This document shows positions 1 through 11,984 of a stretch of DNA of 64,000 bases, piece after piece. The stretch comes from Mobula hypostoma. Its lineage: Eukaryota. The notes below the pieces were generated by a model. The model did no database searches, was not told the origin of the DNA, and saw only the letters and a program-made list of their open reading frames with translations. Position numbers and translations under genes: made by a program. The stretch is from contig NC_086097.1 of the NCBI RefSeq assembly GCF_963921235.1, positions 189,288,001 through 189,352,000 of the forward strand, read 5' to 3'. How positions within the stretch are numbered: position 1 is the first letter of the stretch; each line of letters opens with the position of its first letter.

Positions 1-1192
1 TTTGACACGGTCCTACATGGGAGGTTGGTGAAGGTTCAGTCACTTGGCATTCAGGATGAGGCAGTAGATTAGATGTTGACTTTGGGGTAAAAGCCAGAGT
101 GGTAAGAGATGGCAGGCTCTCTGACTGGTGGCCTGTGACAAGTGGAGTACTGCAGGGTTTGGTGCTGGGCCCATTATTTGTCATCTCTATCAACAACCTG
201 GATGATAATGTATCACGAAGTTTGTGGATGGCACCAGGATTGGGAAGCATAATGGACAGCGAGAAAGCCTGTCAAAGCTTGCAGTGGGGACTAGCTAGAA
301 AAGCGGGCTGAAAAATGGCAAATGGAACTTAATGCAGATAAGTGTGAGATCACAAGACAAAGGAGCAGAAGTAGGCCATTCGGCCCATCGAGTCTGCTCC
401 GCAGCTCCCCCATGAGCTAAACTATTCACCTAGCTGTGTCAGAGAGGTGTTGGACTTTGGGAGAACAATCCAAGATAGTACACATAGTGAGCAGTAAGAC
501 ACGGAAAGAATATGGTAGAACAGAGGGATCTTGAAATACAGATCCATAATTCCTTGAAAGTGGTGTCAGAAGTAGATAGGGTTGTTAAAAAAAGCTTTTG
601 GTACATTGTCCTTCATTGATCAAAGTACTTTGGACAGGAGTTGGGATGATATGCTGAAGTTATACAAGATATTGGTGAGGCATAATTTGGAGTGTTGTGT
701 CCATTTCTGCTCACCTACCTACAGGAAACATATCAACAAAATTGAGAATGCACAGAAAATTTACAAGGATGTTGCCAGGACATGAGAATCTGAATTAAAA
801 GGAGAGGTTGAATAGGTTAGGACTTTATTCCGTGGAGTTTAGAAAAGTAAGGGGAGATTTGATAGAGCTATACACAATTATGAGGAGTACAGATAGGGTA
901 AATGTATGCAGACTTTTTCCACTGAGGTTATGTGAGACTAGAACTAGAGGTCATGGGTTAAGGGTGAAAGGTGAAAAGTTTAAGGGAATTTCTTCACTCA
1001 GAGAACAGCGAGAGTGTGGAATGAGCTGCCAACAGAAGTGGTGGATTCAGCTTCGAGTTCAACATTTAAGAGAAATTCGGCTAGGTACATGGAGGGGAGT
1101 GGAATGCAGGGCTATGGAACTAGGCAGACTAAATGTTCAGTACGGACTAGATGGATCAAAGGGCCCATTTCTGTGCTGCAGTGTTCTATGAC
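1..1192 (+). mobile_element. Degenerate CR1-type LINE 3' part, with a short antisense CR1 3' end inserted at about 351-435
   Basis: Disrupted RT motifs (VTSGV.QG.VLGP, RLGLYS, WNELP) and a CR1-type 3' tail. Confidence 0.85.
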
Positions 1193-2553
1193 TTAAATAG
1201 AAAACCGCAAGCAGGGCAGAATATCACTGGACTATATTTGAGGGCTATTTTGATTTGACAGAGAATGAGACAAATGAACTATCCATCATTTTAAAAGGAA
1301 CTTATGTGCATTATAATTGACATTAGAAGCAAAATGAAAGTTAAAACATTGTAAACGTATCAGCTATGACAAATGATTTTAACTTATCTGGACCATATCA
1401 TGGAGCTGAAATACTAAAATTCTTGTCCACTGTGTGATACCAGTGACAATGGCAATCCTGTGCACCACTGTGATTCTTTCTAAAGATGGACTTGGATTCC
1501 AAAAGCAGAGAATGAAAGTTTTATCTTTTGTATCTTTTATTTGAAAAAAGAACACAACTTTGGTCAATAAAATACTGAGTAATACAAAGAACTTCCCTGC
1601 TTGTAATTCTACGTTGTAGGCACTGCAATGGACAACTTTATCCATATACAAAATGCAAATGTAAACATTTTGCAAAATGTAGTTAAGCCCAAACAATCAC
1701 TTTAGATCAACTAGTTATCAAAGTTATTTCACAAATCCAACTCAAAGGCTGGAGGAGACAGGCCAAATTTGAAGTTATTTGCATAATTAGTAATAAGCTA
1801 CCAAAACACAAATCTATTTATTCCATATTTGTTATAATCCAATCACTGATTACTGTAATCATATTGACGTGAATCCTACTCACCAGTAGAGTTTAGTGTA
1901 AGTTGTGGGAATGAAAAACATTCCAGATGGTTAGTGTTAGATCTTTTGGGCACATTCAGTTTCCAAATATCTTTCCCTAAAACATACTCCTCCTCTGATC
2001 TAAAAATGCGCTGGATTAATAGAAGTATAGTGAGATTGGTCTAAGGTCTTAAAGAGAAAACACAGCCTGTGGTCAACTAACAGCATATTAGGAGACTACT
2101 TATTTCAATTCTAAAATAAAGCAGGTTTCCCTGTCCATTATTACAAAACAAAAATCGCTCCTAAAGTGCAAGAATCAAAAGGCACTTAAAGTGTGCAGTG
2201 TATGAAAAAAAAATTCACTTCTTTCTGCACCCTATTTAAAAGGGTAGTTGAAAAGTCATTTGTGAAGCAAATACTTTTGTAATAACATTAAGGACACTAT
2301 TCCTTGGCAGTATCACATTCAATTGTAAGAGATTCTATTGTGTGCCACCTGGCAGTGTTATAAAACAAACTGAACCACTGTATAAAAATGTCCATATAAG
2401 ACTTAAACATATAAAAGGACACAATTTCAGGAACCTTAAACTTTTCGTCTTGAAAATGCTATACAGAACTTCGCAAAATGGATAATGTAGTTTCTGAAGG
2501 ATGACTGGTGGTCTAGAGGTAGATTTGACATCTTAGACTGTGTGTGACGTCGG

Positions 2554-2669
2554 TTAAAATCGACAATTCAAAATCTGCACATCAAAAAGATCACAGACAC
2601 CTTCATTTTCATCCAGGTTGAAACTGTATTCATCAGCTGGTGGAGGAGAAAGTCGAAGGAGAGGAAACA
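2554..2669 (-). CDS. E2F5: E2F5 last coding exon ([38 protein letters not shown]), pocket-protein-binding/transactivation domain
   Basis: The C-terminal DLFDVQILN is E2F5-type (E2F4 has DLFDVPVLNL). tgacag acceptor, TAA stop. Confidence 0.95.
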
Positions 2670-4283
2670 CTGTCAGAAAAACAGAGCTCATTATTGGGGG
2701 AAAACCAATGTTTAAAAGACAGTTCCAAACGTAAGTCACCTGTTGTAAATAACTCCAACATATTAAGAATTTTTTACTTTATTTCTTTCAATCTGGAGTA
2801 TTTCTGTTGCAGAATCCTAAAAATTATTTGCCCACATGGCCAATATTAATTTCCGAGTCTCATGGATATACACAGATTGTGCAGACAGATTGAGCATTTC
2901 TGATGTATTTGAGCTGGACCTCGTAATTCCCAATTTCTATTACACCCAGCTGGCTTAATTTGCTTAGATGCTACTGCTCCCCCTTTGAAAGGAATGCAGG
3001 TTGTAAATATTAAACAGTGAAAAAATTATTGAAGGTTGATTAGAAGTTGAGTTATACTGTAACTCCAACGACATCTCTGCTCAGCTTTTGAGTTTGGAGA
3101 ATGCATTGTTGCTTGCAGCCACTGAAGTAGGAGGATAATCCATGTCCCTGAGGATCCATCCCTCTTTACAGTGATGGCTACTAAAATGAAGGCGTTAGAT
3201 ATGGCCCTTGTGGCTAAAGGGATCAGGGGGTATGGGAGGAAGGCTGGTACAGGGTTCTGAGTTGGATTGTCAGCCATGATCATACTGAATGGTGGTGCAG
3301 GCTCAAAGGGCCGAATGGCCTACTCCTGCACCTATTTTCTATGTTTCTATGTATAGCAGTGGGGATCCCCTAAGGGTGAAGGTCACACTGATCCATTCAT
3401 ACAAACATAAGATTTATGAGCAAAAGTAGGCCATCTTGTCCACGAGCCTGTTCCACTATTAAATAAGATTACGTCTGATTTGACTGTAATTTATACATTC
3501 TTGCTTCCCTACTTTTCATTCCTTTTACGAAGAATCAATCTACCATTCCCTTAAAAATTCTTCCAAAGATTCTGCTCCCACTACTCTTTCAGAAAGAGCC
3601 TTAGAAAAAAAAATCCCATTTAATCTGTGGTTTAAATGATTAAGCTCTTATTTTCTGAAAAGTGATCCTTGGTTCTAGATTCTCCCACAAGATAAACCAT
3701 CATCTTCACATTACATCAAGACCCCTCAGCACCTTATACATTTCAAATGTATGGCAGCATAACTGGTCCAACCTTTTCTCACAAGGCAAATCAGTCAATC
3801 AGCTCTAGCTCTTTTCAATACCGAACTAGTTAGTCACATTCCCCAGTTCTTTCCCTGTATTTGGGAATTGTTTGTATTTCATGATCTGGACTATTTTGGT
3901 ATGTAGAGGTTGAACAAATGAGGTCCTCACCGTAAGTTTGGATTTGAAAGGGAACTGAATAATTATATATATCTGATAAATCCTCATGGTTTCCTTGAAT
4001 GTAACAAGTTGAAGCTGTGCCATGATTTTGTGTTCTCATATTTTTGTTCAATGAGTGTCATTCTGACTTCCCCTTGCCAAGTACACTGATTAAAAAATTA
4101 CATCTTACTAACAACAGAGTGGATTTCATTTAACTGTTACAATTAAAAATTACAGATCTTTTTGGTGTTTTATGATGCTGAGTAATCAAAAATGGAATTT
4201 GGAGAATATTATTTGCTGAAGTTTATAATGGTCTTTAAACATGAAAGCCAATTTCATGGCAGTAATCAATAAAATAATCTTAC

Positions 4284-4328
4284 CATCTGATGATATAAAT
4301 TCATCCATTATATCTCCATCAAGAGTAG
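4284..4328 (-). CDS. E2F5: E2F5 exon 8 (ATLDGDIMDEFISSD)
   Basis: Resembles the E2F5 'GDIIDELMSSD' motif. Flanked by ttttag and gtaaga. 45 nt. Confidence 0.9.
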
Positions 4329-4689
4329 CTAAAATAAAAATATAGCTTTTCAGGTATTGTGTAAAATGAAGTATAACAGCAGAGTAACCAGAAGTTTCCA
4401 ATGGCAAAGAACTCTCAACACATTGTATTTTTATACCAAAGGATTCTTTCTCTTAACACTTAGCTCTCAGGGTTAGGACAAGTTTTACCAAGACAAGATT
4501 AATTCTCTATCACGACAACAGTCAGCTAAAGTTAATGAAGCTAGAAAGATGGGCCAAAGTAATCTCTTACTTTGGCCCATCTAGTACAGAATTCCTACTC
4601 TAAATCTCTTAAAAGTAATTTGGCACTTGACAAATTTAAAAACTAAGAGGCAGAAAATAGAATAAAATTGAAAAAAACTTTCACTTGGA

Positions 4690-5165
4690 TGCCATTAGTT
4701 GCACACATTTCAATACTTCGATCGACAAAAGCTACCAAGAGTTGTAAAATTAGTCAGTTCCATCCATCATTGGTACAGGCCTCTGTAGTATGCAATACAT
4801 CTTCAAGGAGTGGTGCCTCAGAAAGGTGGCATCCATCACTAAGGACCTCAACCACCCGTGATATACCTTCTTCTTCTTCTTACCGTCAGGAAGGAGGTAC
4901 AGAAGCCTGAAGGCACACACTCAGCAAAATCAGGAACAGCTTCTTCCCGTCTGCCATCCAATTTGAAAATGGACGTTGAACCCATAAACACTACCTCACT
5001 ACTTTCTCATTTCTGTTTTTGCCCTACTTATAACACATATACACATATATACTTACTGTAATTCTTTTTCTCTATATTTATCATGGATTGCATTTTACTG
5101 CTGTCGCAAAGTTAACAAATTTCACAACATATGTCCGGGATAGTAAACCTAATCCTGGTTCTGAT
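4690..5165 (+). mobile_element. Rex1/L2-like LINE 3' fragment
   Basis: Degenerate ORF end (I+KD..HP; 'ttaccgtcaggaaggaggtacagaagcctg') and a tail ending 'taaacct...ttctgatt'. Confidence 0.6.
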
Positions 5166-5831
5166 TGAAAAAAGATATTGTCCTGAATTTAAATGCACTT
5201 ATCTGCAATATCACAGACATTTACACTTACCTACAGGTAACATACTAGAAAAATGTAGTTTGCACTTTGTACAGCTTGTACTAGGGAAGCTAATGTTAAC
5301 TTTGACAATAGCATCCAGCTATTGCCATTCAAGCCTGAATGTTGGGAGCAGCACTGTCATAAAAGGCCAATTTAATACTGATAATCAATACAATTTTTTT
5401 AGTATATTCACTGAACTATCTTGAGGACTGCAAATCTTACTGGGTATTTCACAGGTGCTGCCTATTTTTTCAATATTTTGCAGTTACTTCGTCAGACCCA
5501 GTGAACAACAAAAGATTCTCTGCCAGCCGACACATCCCCAACCAGCAATGTCTTTAAAGACATTAAATAATTCTTTCATTGTGGAGGAAAGTACGTTTGT
5601 TCCTATTCTGTTTAGATTAAAACATGAAGTTCTTTTTTTTTTGCAGTCTAAGAACATGAACTGGTTACAATTTTTGCTAAACCTCTGAAGTAGAGCAAAG
5701 ATGATGTTGAGACATTCCTGACAGTGAAAAATAAAAACAGAAACAATCAAACAGCAGTAAGTTATAGGTACTATTTGTGCTTCACATATCTCATATTGTG
5801 AATGCCACAACACCTTAATTGTTTTTCTTAC

Positions 5832-6032
5832 CACTTGACTCTCCTATCTTTATTTGTTCACATGATGTTGTTGGATATTTCAGAACATCTATTGGAAGCA
5901 GTGACTGCAACCCATTTTGCTCCCGAATATTCTGTAGTGATTCAGTTGTCATCCCTCTGTAAACCTCTGGTGTATCTGGCAGGTTCAAGTATGGGGCTTC
6001 TGGTGCAATAATAGGTAACTGGATGCCACAAT
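5832..6032 (-). CDS. E2F5: E2F5 exon 7 (DCGIQLPIIAPEAPYLNLPDTPEV...GLQSLLPIDVLKYPTTSCEQIKIGESS)
   Basis: Stop-free 201-nt phase 1/1 segment between aaatcag and gtaaga, in frame with its neighbours. Low-conservation region. Confidence 0.75.
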
Positions 6033-6226
6033 CTGATTTTAAAAGTTATAACATTTAAATTAACAAACAAGAAAAATACATCATTTTTTCCTTAACACAA
6101 AGAGGCAACTAATTCAATTCTATACCGAAATACACAAGACATATATCCAAATGAAAATTTTTATTTTTGAAGGTTTTTATTTTTGTACATATAACTAAAA
6201 CATGGCACTAACAATCTACTACTTAC

Positions 6227-6488
6227 CAGAAGAAGGCCGAGATAATGGAACCTGAGCAACGTTTGATTCCTTTAATGAGGCAACTTGGTTTGGAAGTGGA
6301 GACAAAGGGAATTTTTGGGAGGTTGAGGACATTCCAGGACCTTCTTGTTGCTGCATTAGATCATCTGGTGGAGGAACTGGAAACACAACAGGCTTCGAGC
6401 ACTTAGACTCTTTATTAATGAGAACAACATGAATGGGTCCTGATTGACTCTTCAAATTAATCTGGTACTTTTTTTGTCCGTTTGGTCC
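6227..6488 (-). CDS. E2F5: E2F5 exon 6 ([27 protein letters not shown]...[12 protein letters not shown]...)
   Basis: Conserved E2F4/5 motif. Flanked by aaag and gtaagt. 262 nt. Confidence 0.93.
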
Positions 6489-7019
6489 CTTTTATTAGGA
6501 AAAGAACATAAATTTTAAAATTAAATTAAAAAATATACTTCTTTTTCAATTTTATACACCAAGCACAAAAAAGAGGTGCCAGTTACTCTTTCATGCATCT
6601 GAAGACACCAAAGAAAGCAAGTTTGATGCTTACATCATCTTTATTTCATCATCTTTGAATAAGCCCATCACTCTAATAATCTTAGATGATATATTTATCA
6701 CATATCCAGTGAAAATAACCCAATCTACAGAAGCAGAACAATATTAAAAAATATTTGTGCGGCTTTCCTATAAACAGATTGTTGGTTGAAGGACTCAAAG
6801 ATACCAAAAAGCATTTTTGAAGCAAATGATAAAGGACTCTGTTGTACCTATTAAAAAAATCCAAATCAAACAAATTCTGGAATCATTTCACTTTGATATT
6901 GACATTAACTTCTTTTTAAAGTTAGACCTTAAATGATAATGCAATATATAAACACAAAATACTTTCTTCATGCTAATAATTATTCTATCTTTACCAAGTT
7001 TCATGCTTCACCGTCTAGA

Positions 7020-7566
7020 ACTCGGCATCCACATCACTGAGGACCTCCCGTCCTGTACACACAAGCTGTGTGGTGAAAAAGGCACAACAGCGCCTCTTTC
7101 ACCTCAGAGGGTTGAGGAAGTTTGGTATGGGCCCCCATATGCTAAAAACTTCCTACAGGGGCACAAATGAGAGCACCCTGACTGGCTGCATCACTGCCTG
7201 GTATGGGAATTGTACCTCCCTTAATTATAGGACATTTACAAGGACAGGTGTGTAAAAGGGGCCCATAGGATCATTGAGGACGCAAGCCATCCCAACCACA
7301 ATCTATTCCAGTTGCTAACATCTAGGAAGTGGTACCGCAGCAAAAAAGCCAGGACCAACAGCCTCTGGGAAGCTTCTTCCACCAGGCCATCAGACTGATG
7401 AACTCATGCTGATTTGAGTGTACTCTATATTACATTAACTGTTCTATTTATTATAAATTATTATAAATTACTATGATTGCACATTGCACATTTAGATGGA
7501 GACGTAATGTAAAGATTTTTACTCCTCATGTATGTGAAGGATGTAAGAAATAAAGTCAATTCAATC
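7020..7566 (+). mobile_element. Rex1-like LINE 3' fragment
   Basis: KKAQQRLFHLRGLRKF...ESTLTGCITAWYGNC, with an aataaagtcaattcaat tail. Confidence 0.75.
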
Positions 7567-8376
7567 TAATTTGGAGCACTTTAAGTAAGACACAACGTAC
7601 ATTTAAAAATATATTTATCAGCATCTGACTTCATTTCCAGTGTCTGACTACAACCAATACTGGAGTTGTGCTGATACAATGTCAAAATAAAACTTAAAAC
7701 CTACTATTCATTTTATTCCTAATATGCTTCTACATACACTTCCTTAATTATTCATAAATTGAGCCAAACTGTGGTTCCCTTTTTTTTATAGCAAACCTGT
7801 CCCCACAAACTCATAATGTAGAACTTAGAGCAACATTTATGTCTTAGCATCGAAAAGGACTGGTGTGAAGCCCAGCAAATCATGCAAACAGTAATATGAC
7901 AAATAGCAAGATAATGAGTTTAATGAGGCTGGACTAAGAAAACTCCTTCAGATAGTCTTGTGGGAACTTAACATTCACTTGATCAGTTACAAAAACAAGA
8001 GATCTATAGCCCATTGGAAGAATAGTACATTTAAATTTTGATTTTCTGGCCATAGACAAGCAGGTTATTCAGGTTTATACAAATTAAACCTGTAACAGTA
8101 TTTCACAAGAAAGCAGATGATGTTATAATTTGAGTTATTTTAAAGAATACATTGTGACTTATTAAAGTAGCCTGGTAATAATGAAGAGACAAATAAATCA
8201 GGATTAAACACAAACAGGAAATTTAACTTCACATTGCCTATTTATGAAGTGTGTTCTAAAATACTCATAACATAAAAATGTAAAAACCAGAATGCATATC
8301 GTTGCCACTCCACCTTAAAACTTTAATGCAAATGCCTACAATTAAAAGAGGAGCACCTGACTACAATGAAACATAC

Positions 8377-8441
8377 CACTTCAGGAGTTGGAACTTCTAG
8401 TTGTGTACCAGAAGGGGCCTGGATGGCAAGTAGTGTATCAC
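8377..8441 (-). CDS. E2F5: E2F5 exon 5 (DTLLAIQAPSGTQLEVPTPEV), marked box
   Basis: Conserved marked-box motif. Flanked by aacag and gtatgt. 65 nt. Confidence 0.95.
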
Positions 8442-9370
8442 CTGTTATGAAACCATGAACGGATTAGTACTTTGTTTGTTATGAATTCAGTGTCTGAATC
8501 AAGCTTCTAGTATACCTATATAAATAGATTAAAAAGTTATATTAAACACGGTAATTAGAAACCACTCTACAAAGGTTTGAGAACTTCCACTAGACACCAA
8601 AAACTTTGTGAATGTCACAGAAATTTTCAAACATTTAAAGGAATAAAATAAAATTGGAAGGAATACAGACTTCATCTATCAATTCTAAATTAATGAATTC
8701 TTAATTTCTCAAAAGCAAAGTCACTCCTGTGAACTACAGGAGAATTCAAGCATTTCTCTGCAATATTCTTTTCTTTTTTTAATTTCAGATTCTTATGTGC
8801 CATCCAAAAAAAAACTTCTGGCTGTGTTTCAAGGAAACATAAAAATAATGAATGTTTCTATTCCTCCAACGTAAGCCATTTGACCCAATTACCTCAAACT
8901 ACTCAAATATGCACAGAAATTTCATTTTAAATGCACCTTTATATCAGACTTTTTAAACTGACGATCTTGAAAATAAAGATCTGAAAGCCATAGAACTTGT
9001 TCTATTTGCCAATAAACTTCATTGTTATCAGCGTCATAATTAAATTTTGTGGGATTGAAGACTTTGGAAAAGATCTCTAAGTGCTTCATTATTGCCAAAA
9101 CCTTAAACTTCAAGTATTGACAAGATTTAGACAAATTACAGAAATAATCTATTTCTTGTTCCCATGGTTAAAACCTTGTTAGCCCACAAAGGTAAAACTT
9201 TTGAAGATCACTTACTAATATAGTAAAAAAACTGTAGCTAAAGGGATAAAAGTTACCAATATAGATGGCAAAGTAAGATAGCAATTCATTTTGTTAATAT
9301 TCACATTGGTTTCATTCCTGTATGGTGCAAAAGCACTGCTCACATGACAATCCAACAGTACAGGGGTGAT

Positions 9371-10673
9371 TCAAGCAACACAAACAAAATGCCGATGGAA
9401 CGTAGCAGGCCAGGCCGCATCTATAGGAAGAAGTACAGTCGACGTTTCGGGTCGAGACCCTTCATCAGGACTAACGGAAAAAAGACAGAAAGAGATTTAA
9501 AAGTGGGAGGGGGAGACCCAAAATGATAGGAGAAGACAGGAGAGGGAGGGATGGAGCTAAGAGCTGGGAAGTTGATTGGCAAAAGGGATACAAGGCTAGA
9601 GAAGGGGGAGTATCATTAGGATGGAAGGCCTTGGAAGAAAGAGAGGGGGAGGGGAGCACCAGGGGGAGAAGGAGAACAGGCAAGGAGTTATTGTGAGAGG
9701 GAAAGAGAGAGAGAAAAAGATAATTAGAGATGGGGTAAGAAGAGGAGGAGGGGCATTAGAGAAGTTAGAGAAATCAATGTTCATGCCATCAGGTTGGAGG
9801 CAACCACAGGGAATATAAGGTGTTGTTCCTCCAACCTGAGTGTGGCTTCATCTCAACAGTAGAGGAGGCCATGGATTGACATACTGGAACGGGAATAGGA
9901 CGCGGAATTAAAATGGTGGCCACTGGGAGATCCTGCTTCCTCTGGTGGAAGCAGGTTCAGCGAAGCGGTCTCCCAATCTGCTTCAGGTCTCACCAATGTA
10001 TAGAAGGCCACATCGGGAGCACCGGACGCAGTATATCACCCCAGCCGACTCACAGGTGAAGTGTCGCCTCACCTGGAAGGACTGTTTGGGGCCCTGAATG
10101 GTGGTAAGGGAGGAAGTGTAAGGGCAGGTGTAGCACTTGTTCCGCTTACAAAGGTAAGTGCCAGGAGGAAGATCAGTGGGGAGGGATGGGGGGGACGAAT
10201 GGACAAGGGAGTTGCATAGGGAGCGATCCCTGCGGAAAGCAGAAAGTGGGGGGGGGGGATGGAGGGAAAGATGTGCTTGGTGGTGGGATCCCATTGGGAG
10301 AAGGCTGAAGTTACGGAGAATTATATGTTGGACACAGAGGCTGGTGGGGTGGTAGGTGAGGACAAGAGGAACCCTATCCCTAGTGGAGTGGCGGGAGGAT
10401 GGAGTGAGAGCAGATGTGCGTGAAATGGGAGAGATGCATTTGAGGGCAGAGTTGATAGTGGAGGAAGGGAAGCCTTTTTCTTTAAAAAAGGAAGACATCT
10501 CCTTTGTCCTGGAATGAAAAGCCTCATTCTGAGAGCAGATGCAGTGGAGACGGAGGAATTGAGAGAAGGGGATGACATTTTTACAAGTAACAGGGTGGGA
10601 AGAGGAATAGTCCAGGTAGCTGTGAGAGTCCGTGGGCTTATAGTAGGCATCAGTACATAAGCTGTCTCCAAAG
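9371..10673 (-). mobile_element. Penelope-like element (RT C-terminus, GIY-YIG endonuclease and pLTR), 5'-truncated
   Basis: ORF remnants 'RVPLVLTYHP' and 'GVIYCVRCSRCGLLYIGET', followed by 'MNIDFSNF'. 14-bp TSD agtacaggggtgat at 9357-9370 and 10674-10687. Confidence 0.9.
9436..9473 (-). ncRNA. Minimal type-I hammerhead ribozyme motif in the Penelope pLTR
   Basis: Minus strand reads UAGUC-CUGAUGA-A-GGGU(CUCG)ACCC-GAAAC-GUC-GACUG: both core boxes, a perfect stem II, stem I AGUC/GACU and a GUC cleavage triplet. Confidence 0.75.
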
Positions 10674-10854
10674 AGTACAGGGGTGATGTTCTCCTAAAAA
10701 GGCATGGAGGAAATGGGGAGCGGTCGCTGGATCATTACCACCACAGCACTGCTTGGGAAGATGCTGAACAAATGCAAGTAATGCTCGGCGGGAAATGGAA
10801 CAGGTGGAAGGGGAAAGAGATTGGGATTCTCATGATAGCAGAAAATTAACGAAC

Positions 10855-10898
10855 CTTGAAAGCAATTGCAGACATCTTCGTGAGTAGTATATGCCAAT
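10855..10898 (-). CDS. E2F5: E2F5 exon 4 (LAYTTHEDVCNCFQG)
   Basis: E2F 'LAYVTHED' motif. 44 nt. gttcgt donor. Confidence 0.93.
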
Positions 10899-11681
10899 GT
10901 AAAACAGATAAGGAAAAAGATAAATGATAATCACAGTCATAGAGCATGGAAATAGTCCTTATGGCCTACCAAATCTGTTCCATCCAGTTATACTAATCCT
11001 ACTTTATTATTTTATTTTACTTATTTAGAGATACAGCGCAGAATAGGCCCTTCTGGTCTTTTGAGTCATGCCATCCACCAACACCTGACAACCCCGGTTT
11101 AACCCTTACCTAATCATGGGACAATTTAAAATGACCAATTAACCTATCTGATATGTCTTTGGACTGTGGGAAGAAACCAGAGCACCCGGAGAAAACCCAG
11201 CACTCCACAGGGAAAGTGTACAGACACTCCTGGGATTGAACTCCGACAACCTAAGCTGTAATAGTATTGTACTAACCACTATGCCACTGTGGTGCTCATA
11301 GTATTCTCCCTACGTTAACATCAACTGTCCCCAGATTCTACCACCAATCTACATTAGGGCAATTTACAGTGACTAAATAACCAGTTTGATTTTGATGGGA
11401 TGAAACTGAAGCACCGGGGGGTTTCTATGGGATTACAGGAAGAACATGCAAACTCCACACAGGCAGCACTGGAGGTCAGGAATAACCCTGGATTGTGTCA
11501 CTGAGATAGCAGCTTTACCATCCTATCTTTAAGTAAGATACAGGTAGAAGCATCTTCCTGCTATTCTACTTGTTTCCTAATCTGTTTCAGATCTCATATG
11601 GTCTGTATAATTCATAATTTAAGATCTAATATTAGTTTCTATCATTACTAATTTAGAACATATCTCAGTAAGAAAGGATAT
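10899..11681 (-). other. E2F5: U12-type (minor spliceosome) AT-AC intron 3 of E2F5, 783 nt
   Basis: 5' site ATATCCTTT (11681-11673), branch-point-like TTCCTTATC (10915-10907), terminal AC (10900-10899). The reading frame joins at these ends (AG|A = Arg). Confidence 0.93.
11010..11520 (-). mobile_element. Two adjacent tRNA-derived HE1/V-SINE-like copies inside the U12 intron
   Basis: V-SINE-like core ('gggttttctccgggtgctctggtttcttcccacagtccaaaga' on the minus strand) and tRNA-like heads with a B box. Confidence 0.7.
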
Positions 11682-11843
11682 CTATTATTATGTGAACTGT
11701 CAGTTATGTTCTCAATACTCTGCTGTAGCCACATTTTCTGTTGATCTAGTTCTTTTTCCTTTGATTCCAGTTCTTCAATTTCTGCCTTTAGGTATCTCAA
11801 TCGATCAATGACTTCCTTAGTATTGCAACCCGGACCAACACCC
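11682..11843 (-). CDS. E2F5: E2F5 exon 3 ([54 protein letters not shown]), coiled coil
   Basis: Manual translation in frame with exon 2. ttaatag acceptor. Ends at the U12 donor ATATCCTTT. 162 nt. Confidence 0.95.
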
Positions 11844-11984
11844 CTATTAAAAGAGAAAAAAATATTTACCTGGACTGCAGCTGATCATTGATTTTACCAC
11901 ATCTGCGAAAGGCATGCTTTCATTCAACACATAAATTTACGCATAACACACAAACACATAAATCCACGTAAACACATATACATG

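Noticed and set aside
1200..1800. Exons of a downstream neighbouring gene (e.g. RBIS)
   Set aside because: No recognisable coding motif. The region is more likely E2F5 3'UTR or flank (minus-strand AATAAA near 1536-1541 and 1817-1822).
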